Origin: an uncultured Christensenella sp.
Lineage (GTDB): Bacteria; Bacillota; Clostridia; Christensenellales; UBA1242
Reading direction: 5' to 3'
Length of the DNA stretch: 57,958 bases
Assembly: GCA_949295755.1 (NCBI GenBank)
Contig: CASFMG010000012.1
Coordinates: forward strand, 1-57,958
The notes beneath the pieces were generated by a model. That model ran no database searches, had not been told where the DNA came from, and saw nothing but the letters and a program-made list of their open reading frames with translations. Shown here in pieces: positions 57,001 to 57,958 of this stretch. A program made the position numbers and the translations under genes. How positions within the stretch are numbered: position 1 is the stretch's first letter; the number at the start of each line of letters is the position of its first letter.

Positions 57001-57958
57001 ATTATTATCATACTCTTTTTGCAACAATCCAATATTTTTTTCTGTTGCAGTTATAACAACATTTAAAGTACTTGCTTTTAAAATTTCAAACAATTCTTTT
57101 AATGCGTCAACACCTATAGTAATATTATAATTTTCATTGTCCCAATTTTCAATTATTAAATCATATTTTCCAACATTTTCTCCGATTATTCTTGAAAAAT
57201 GTATTGTTATTTTTTCATTTAATGGAGTATTTATTGCGTACGCTAAAATTGGGTCATCTTCTCCATATATTTTATTAAAGTAATTGTTTGGAATATCACC
57301 ACTATTTAGTGTTAATTGATATTCTAAAATTGCAAAATTGAATGTGTTTATGCCTTGTATTTCGTAATTTTGTGATGCAATACTAAATTCTACTTGATAC
57401 GCACCAACATTTGTTGGTGGATTATTAGAGTTATAACCAGCAGAAGTATAAAAAGCATCAATAGATACATCTGTTTTTTCACTTGAATTTACAAATGTAA
57501 TAATTGGCGAAATTTGTACAGGATTTGCTGAATATGTATACTCTGTTACAATATCATCAAATGATAAATTGATTTTAACTTTTACAACTTCAATATTGCC
57601 TATTAAACTAATAGAATAATTTGATGTTACATCATTAGTTTCATTAACAATTCTTAAATTTGTTAAATCAACACTTTTTATATCAACATTTCCTACTTCA
57701 TTTTTTGTAAATTCTGCAAAGCCACTTAACGTATTTGTTGAAAGAAGTTTATCTCCTACATCTTGTGATACTACAAAATCACTTGCCACAATTTGATATA
57801 TGTTAGTTGTTGAATATACTAATTTTTTGTTTATTTGCAAAACAATTTCTCTTTTTAGTATTGTTCCTGTTGCCGAAACATTTAACACATAATTTGATTG
57901 TGGTAAACTTTCTGCATTTTCTATAACAAATTTTATGTTGTGTGTTCCAACTTCACTT
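51037..57958 (-). CDS. Giant surface adhesin-like protein, partial (N-terminus beyond right edge, more than 2300 codons); MBG/YDG-type and Listeria-Bacteroides repeats, GLUG-like region, C-terminal TM anchor and acidic/lysine tail
   Basis: The track start at 57888 is an internal GTG. I read the frame open to the window end (..SEVGTHNIKFVIENAESLPQSNYVLNVSA..). Motifs KVYDATNIF and KVFDGNANI..NVGTNKTITFTLSGTDSNNYF; GYDFAGWYLDG..AYAKW and DGYTFSSWS..FDAIW; GTENDPYIITNEKQLAAMAYL..LGGLFGYI. C-terminus MIIMGSVLGLILLIILIIILIIISKRKK then DDDSEEESNDDKKK. Confidence 0.88.
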   Translation of the reverse strand, partial: SEVGTHNIKFVIENAESLPQSNYVLNVSATGTILKREIVLQINKKLVYSTTNIYQIVASDFVVSQDVGDKLLSTNTLSGFAEFTKNEVGNVDIKSVDLTNLRIVNETNDVTSNYSISLIGNIEVVKVKINLSFDDIVTEYTYSANPVQISPIITFVNSSEKTDVSIDAFYTSAGYNSNNPPTNVGAYQVEFSIASQNYEIQGINTFNFAILEYQLTLNSGDIPNNYFNKIYGEDDPILAYAINTPLNEKITIHFSRIIGENVGKYDLIIENWDNENYNITIGVDALKELFEILKASTLNVVITATEKNIGLLQKEYDNNYIQYIDITTLDYTANEEIVYGTINFDGIDVGTYALSGYDVSCDNYETCVVTSQVEFVINKKVISLSANNLDKVYDATNIFKGDISILDKNSQKLDTKFSLTATGTYSQKDVKNNIAINVTFQGDDINNYNVTNNLFGNITKRTVNIIPDANQSIIYGTEDFNITYTISDLNVDKLQDYASEISGNLIIEYLLNETKFIAGNYEIKSKLDSNNLDLVLQTGVIFTIQQRELNIVCDMGFNKVFDGNANIIGNLTINNLVDGDDVSVVANYDNANVGTNKTITFTLSGTDSNNYFANDILGAITDKSVSIIYQYIEDDFEIINPERMENNELLSSNLIYGQKISVMPIPQHEGYDFAGWYLDGNLINENTIIDENNWPVDQTEKTAYAKWTIKKFNLNVVLATKVNGEFLTDSDKQGGTITNINGLYNYYQDVSLIDIASANSGYEFLGYSFDIDWEPSLEIENVTIEAKNNVIYAKFAPKTLTLTLDANGGTFKSNTKWTFSENDTKATITVEFNSTLSSNSAQLVEAFKTGFSQDITKWQTEEGQIIEFNENTVLDDSFYPNRTLKVVYIANGYQIILNANGGYFENVDELVWNIVDVDDQDRPIQISKTATFNSPVGELIEPKRDGYTFSSWSNEQLNEDYVWDYAETTSFDAIWKENDYQLEINSTHANVLIDVIDSEGNTITSQIIDGKNNSQIILDVKTSYSVNITLTENIGYTFEKWTSTLIDLNNSTEKEISINQFLDNYTLTANFVQNDNTITIKVNDKNRGIVSAESQTTQQTGEISLVAKTESVVEINVECNEGYEIESWEVESEYDYTLSGNNLSLTRTLQNFVSDITITVNIKPSLNTVSISSLDNKGTFTIDGIVNDVMYYQANVYTEQTLTFTITPSHGYKVDTNLSSWIFETISPNKGSFVIVDNIDSVSVTISGITSNGSIVIPYVYDSFTIKVVAVKHDVEFDVDIDAINIVELDIDGSITKLNSNSSFSANYNKEIILTPNNDVYIGYSFGSWSSKNDMEYSLTSTDGLISIGENNEIVFQIKDDFTIYLVYNINKYSVKYSVNFNERGSLSIDGVKDIYSYDQTIKYGYDAKSVTAVEDENHYYQFSKWVKVNDDGTFEDYSTQLSILVTRVTQNYEFIAVFVGKPITLTINVTLPNSEIFTTDEIDFASLNITENSNTQLVDTVKNNNVITYTISTYSGEQINFNIEEKSGYEFSDLIIDPRLDYNKVGTDFTIKNLFIQTNININIKAKINTVKFIVDGIGANIFEYSNNSLGVTQIESSKDNKVFTAYVKTGGSVSTVLYILNGYKLNENDYFITPIPVVESSIYNAYSYGKIENVTKDEVITISISPYKYLITFDYNYLDGPTSVTSSVNFGEATFEPLLSSDVTSPQRYRYVFAGWNTKIDGTGINYYFEGANIYSIETVNGINEKIYGFKGSSDANLSSDVNYDYECTLYGIWEKERYKIDLVFVPNFAVSDLGLSYQDIFPNTLDRFTNYNENNQITGISYVPGAQVRIVAPLGLLNYTYYGWSYSPDITDKSQLNTTQYNEVMGEENIVVYLYYTIHIDVVAYVGGSAQISDSEPLYNQVVQLSAICDEGYDFLRWLKGSQEIENSTSSIEQTILTPTTYYAEFIGKQVNVIIEQTEHAKLRISSDTAHNDNIYRVGDTIRLEIYDLDYGYFHKSWLGEYSEVITNNTYKISAKDLSRGYVKFKLDIAPYTINVQFVVENGIGGVFEIDGSETINTVKSYTYDTNLTFKLNTTIRYELIALTLNGNPIEFNTITMLINQANGFITNSTNVIKATYKQLLWIDVWEMFGGMGTENDPYIITNEKQLAAMAYLINNNVEAKGTIPYADGYYVVRANFNLLERFWQPIGTEQNPFNGTFDLKNYRVTELLLDKEYAVTHLGGLFGYITENAKFLTSPSDFTVAMIIMGSVLGLILLIILIIILIIISKRKKMRKLSTAMSIQPINKQSIEDDDSEEESNDDKKK

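Noticed and set aside
1-57958. Alternative genetic code (TGA as Trp, Mollicutes-type), considered because of the extreme AT content
   Set aside because: Trp is encoded by TGG throughout the conserved proteins. TGA closes at least one well-supported gene (49823-49825, the ATGA overlap). All housekeeping ORFs are full length under the standard code.
1-57958. CRISPR arrays, rRNA genes and IS elements with terminal inverted repeats
   Set aside because: No regularly spaced direct repeats, no rRNA-like GC-rich stretches and no transposase ORFs were seen. The only recombinase is the large serine recombinase.

Overview
Very AT-rich window (well under one-third G+C by eye, not computed). It uses the standard genetic code: TGG encodes Trp and TGA terminates genes, for example at 49823-49825. 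Genes are densely packed and have Shine-Dalgarno sites, which fits a low-GC Bacillota or Mycoplasmatota-like genome. All protein calls come from motif recognition by eye; no homology search was run.

Layout:
- 1-9211: a minus-strand operon of three very large secreted or anchored repeat proteins. The first (1-3564) is missing from the ORF track because its stop lies outside the window.
- 9.3-17.7 kb: housekeeping and accessory genes. These are a hemolysin-III family protein, a collagen-like beta-helix protein, a lipoprotein, pflA/pflB, a metzincin-like protease, a TetR regulator and DegV.
- 17761-17848: tRNA-Ser(UGA).
- About 17.9-28.9 kb: an island of about 11 kb that follows the tRNA directly. 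It holds a divergent pair (HEPN-like protein; Zn-ribbon/wHTH/nucleoside-2-deoxyribosyltransferase-like protein) and a large serine recombinase. Next come an 834-bp non-coding stretch with two GC-rich hairpins, then a DUF2075-type PD-(D/E)xK nuclease-ATPase, a 51-codon ORF and an m5C methyltransferase. The island ends with a SLOG/DUF1273 protein, a tandem-HTH regulator, and two decayed genes typical of conjugative elements.
- 29.3-51 kb: mostly ordinary genes. These include a YgjV-like/GNAT fusion, a DMT transporter, a beta-helix/BspA-LRR surface protein, an ABC-2 transporter and TspO. Also here are a YugP-like protein lacking HExxH, a SHOCT membrane protein, a guanine-deaminase-like protein and a SIMPL protein. 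The rest are trpS, a GNAT, tRNA-Ser(CGA), pyk, serS, a Na/Pi cotransporter and two flavoproteins.
- 51037 to the window end: a surface protein of more than 2300 aa with a C-terminal transmembrane anchor.

Best candidates for an undescribed system are the HEPN-like/NDT-like pair (17920-20138) and the DUF2075 nuclease-ATPase + small ORF + Dcm module with its structured leader (21.7-25.8 kb). No CRISPR array, rRNA, T-box or recognisable riboswitch was seen.
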